DNA of 64,000 nt from Eledone cirrhosa. Lineage: Eukaryota. Both the position numbers and the translations under genes were made by a program. The DNA lies in assembly GCA_964016885.1 (NCBI GenBank), contig OZ024747.1, positions 60,450,001-60,514,000 on the forward strand. The letters run 5' to 3'. Numbering within the stretch: position 1 is the stretch's first letter; the number at the start of each line of letters is the position of its first letter. The notes beneath the pieces were generated by a model that worked only from the letters and a program-made list of their open reading frames with translations, was not told the DNA's origin and made no database searches. This document shows, one piece after another, positions 62,205-64,000 of this stretch.

Positions 62205-64000
62205 TCATCATTATTGTCATCATCTTTTAATACCTCTCATCCATGCTTGTATGGTTTAGACAAGCTGTCACGTTATGAGGGGAGTCAGGTCAGGTGACCA
62301 GATCTTGCTCATCCAGTGGCTGGATACCCTTCCTAATGCCAACCACATTACGGTGTTGACTAGGTGCTTTTTACAGGGTGGAATTGTTACTTTTGTCATG
62401 TCACCAGCACAACCACCTTACAGGGTGGAATTGATACTTTTGTCATGACACCAGCACAACCACCTTACAGGGTGGAATTGTTACTTTTGTCATGTCACCA
62501 GCACAACCACCTTACAGGGTGGAATTGATACTTTTGTCATGTCACCAGCACAACCACCTTACAGGGTGGAATTGTTACTTTTGTCATGTCACCAGCACAA
62601 CCACCTTACAGGGTGGAATTGTTACTTTTGTCATGACACCAGCATAACCACCTTACAGGGTGGAATTGATACTTTTGTCATGTCACCAGCACAACCACCT
62701 TACAGGGTGGAATTGTTACTTTTGTCATGTCACCAGCACAACCACCTTACAGGGTGGAATTGATACTTTTGTCATGACACCAGCATAACCACCTTACAGG
62801 GTGGAATTGATACTTTTGTCATGTCACCAGCACAACCATCTTACAGGGTGGAATTGATACTTTTGTCATGACACCAGCATAACCACCTTACAGGGTGGAA
62901 TTGATACTTTTGTCATGTCACCAGCACAACCACCTTACAGGGTGGAATTGATACTTTTGTCATGACACCAGCACAACCATCTTACAGGGTGGAATTGATA
63001 CTTTTGTCATGACACCAGCACAACCATCTTACAGGGTGGAATTGTTACTTTTGTCATGTCACCAGCACAACCACCTTACAGGGTGGAATTGTTACTTTTG
63101 TCATGTCACCAGCACAACCACCTTACAGGGTGGAAATGTTACTTTTGTCATGTCACCAGCACAACCACCTTACTGGGTGGAATTGATACTTTTGTCATGA
63201 CACCAGCACAACCACCTTACTGGGTGGAATTGATACTTTTGTCATGACACCAGCACAACCACCTTACAGGGTGGAATTGATACTTTTGTCATGTCACCAG
63301 CACAACCACCTTACAGGGTGGAATTGATACTTTTGTCATGTCACCAGCACAACCACCTTACAGGGTGGAATTGATACTTTTGTCATGTCACCAGCACAAC
63401 CACCTTACAGGGTGGAATTGATACTTTTGTCATGTCACCAGCACAACCACCTTACAAGGTGGAAATGATGCTTTTTGTCATGTCACCAGCACAACCACCT
63501 TACAGGGTGGAATTGTTACTTTTGTCATGTCACCAGCACAACTATCTTTCAGAGATAAATGGATGCTTTTTTCATGGTCACCAGCACAATCACCTTACAG
63601 GGAGGTGAAGTGAGAGGAACTGGTATGCAAGTTGAACATGGACAAGGTGAGTGGGGAGGTCTAAGGGGAGATACTTAACTGCTGATGGGGTAGTCGTTAA
63701 TTTAGATTGGGGAAGATGTGTTAGGGGTGGGGAAGATTGGTATAGATCAGTGCCTTTTACATGACTGTTTTATCCTGTGATATGAGAAGATATTGCCAAT
63801 GGTTTCAATCTTGTGTCATCTCCTTTGATGGGTTTAATTTGGCGAAGTCAGCTTTTATCACTTCATCCTAAGCATTCATAGGTCTTCTTCTTCCATATTT
63901 TCCATCAACTTCAAGTTCCCTACACTTTTTTTTTATATAGCTGTCATCCTCCATACACACAACGTGTTCATACCACTGCTGTCTCCTCCCTGCATACTGC
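62205..64000 (-). mobile_element. Diverged RTE LINE 3' end containing an expanded minisatellite
   Basis: 63810-64000 minus reads RRQQWYEHVVCMEDDSYIKK..CRELEVDGKYGRRRP...DEVIKAD; the 3'UTR and tail lie at 62205-62370. Confidence 0.82.
62372..63600. repeat. 47-bp minisatellite, about 26 units
   Basis: Unit acagggtggaattgatacttttgtcatgtcaccagcacaaccacctt; acaggg at 62373 and 62420. Confidence 0.95.

Overview
Eukaryotic, AT-rich, microsatellite-dense DNA with no intact host protein-coding gene that I can support. The repeat content resembles cephalopod (octopus-like) intronic or intergenic DNA, but that assignment is inference. The window is a mosaic of (TA)n/(ATT)n/(CAT)n/(ACC)n tracts, six minisatellites, two abundant tRNA-derived SINE families, fragments of RTE, L1/Tx1, Ingi/Vingi and CRE-like LINEs, one deleted DD37D mariner (maT), and TTAA-flanked and hAT-like MITEs. 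Most ORFs in the track are simple-repeat artefacts. The most striking signal is a set of short non-coding elements embedded in (TA)n tracts with one architecture: long inverted repeat plus a unique 55-100 nt tail. One family carries a complete minimal type I hammerhead ribozyme (best copy 23929-23978, minus strand). A second family (three copies) lacks a hammerhead core but has a fixed fold-back point, covarying stems and a tail hairpin shared with the first. Several more hammerhead-like remnants lie next to (TA)n tracts. This points to Penelope-like or retrozyme-like mini-elements. Other highlights are a chimeric SINE with tails from two RTE families, minisatellites born from a LINE 3'UTR and from a MITE end, and apparent (ATT)n targeting by a Tx1-like LINE.
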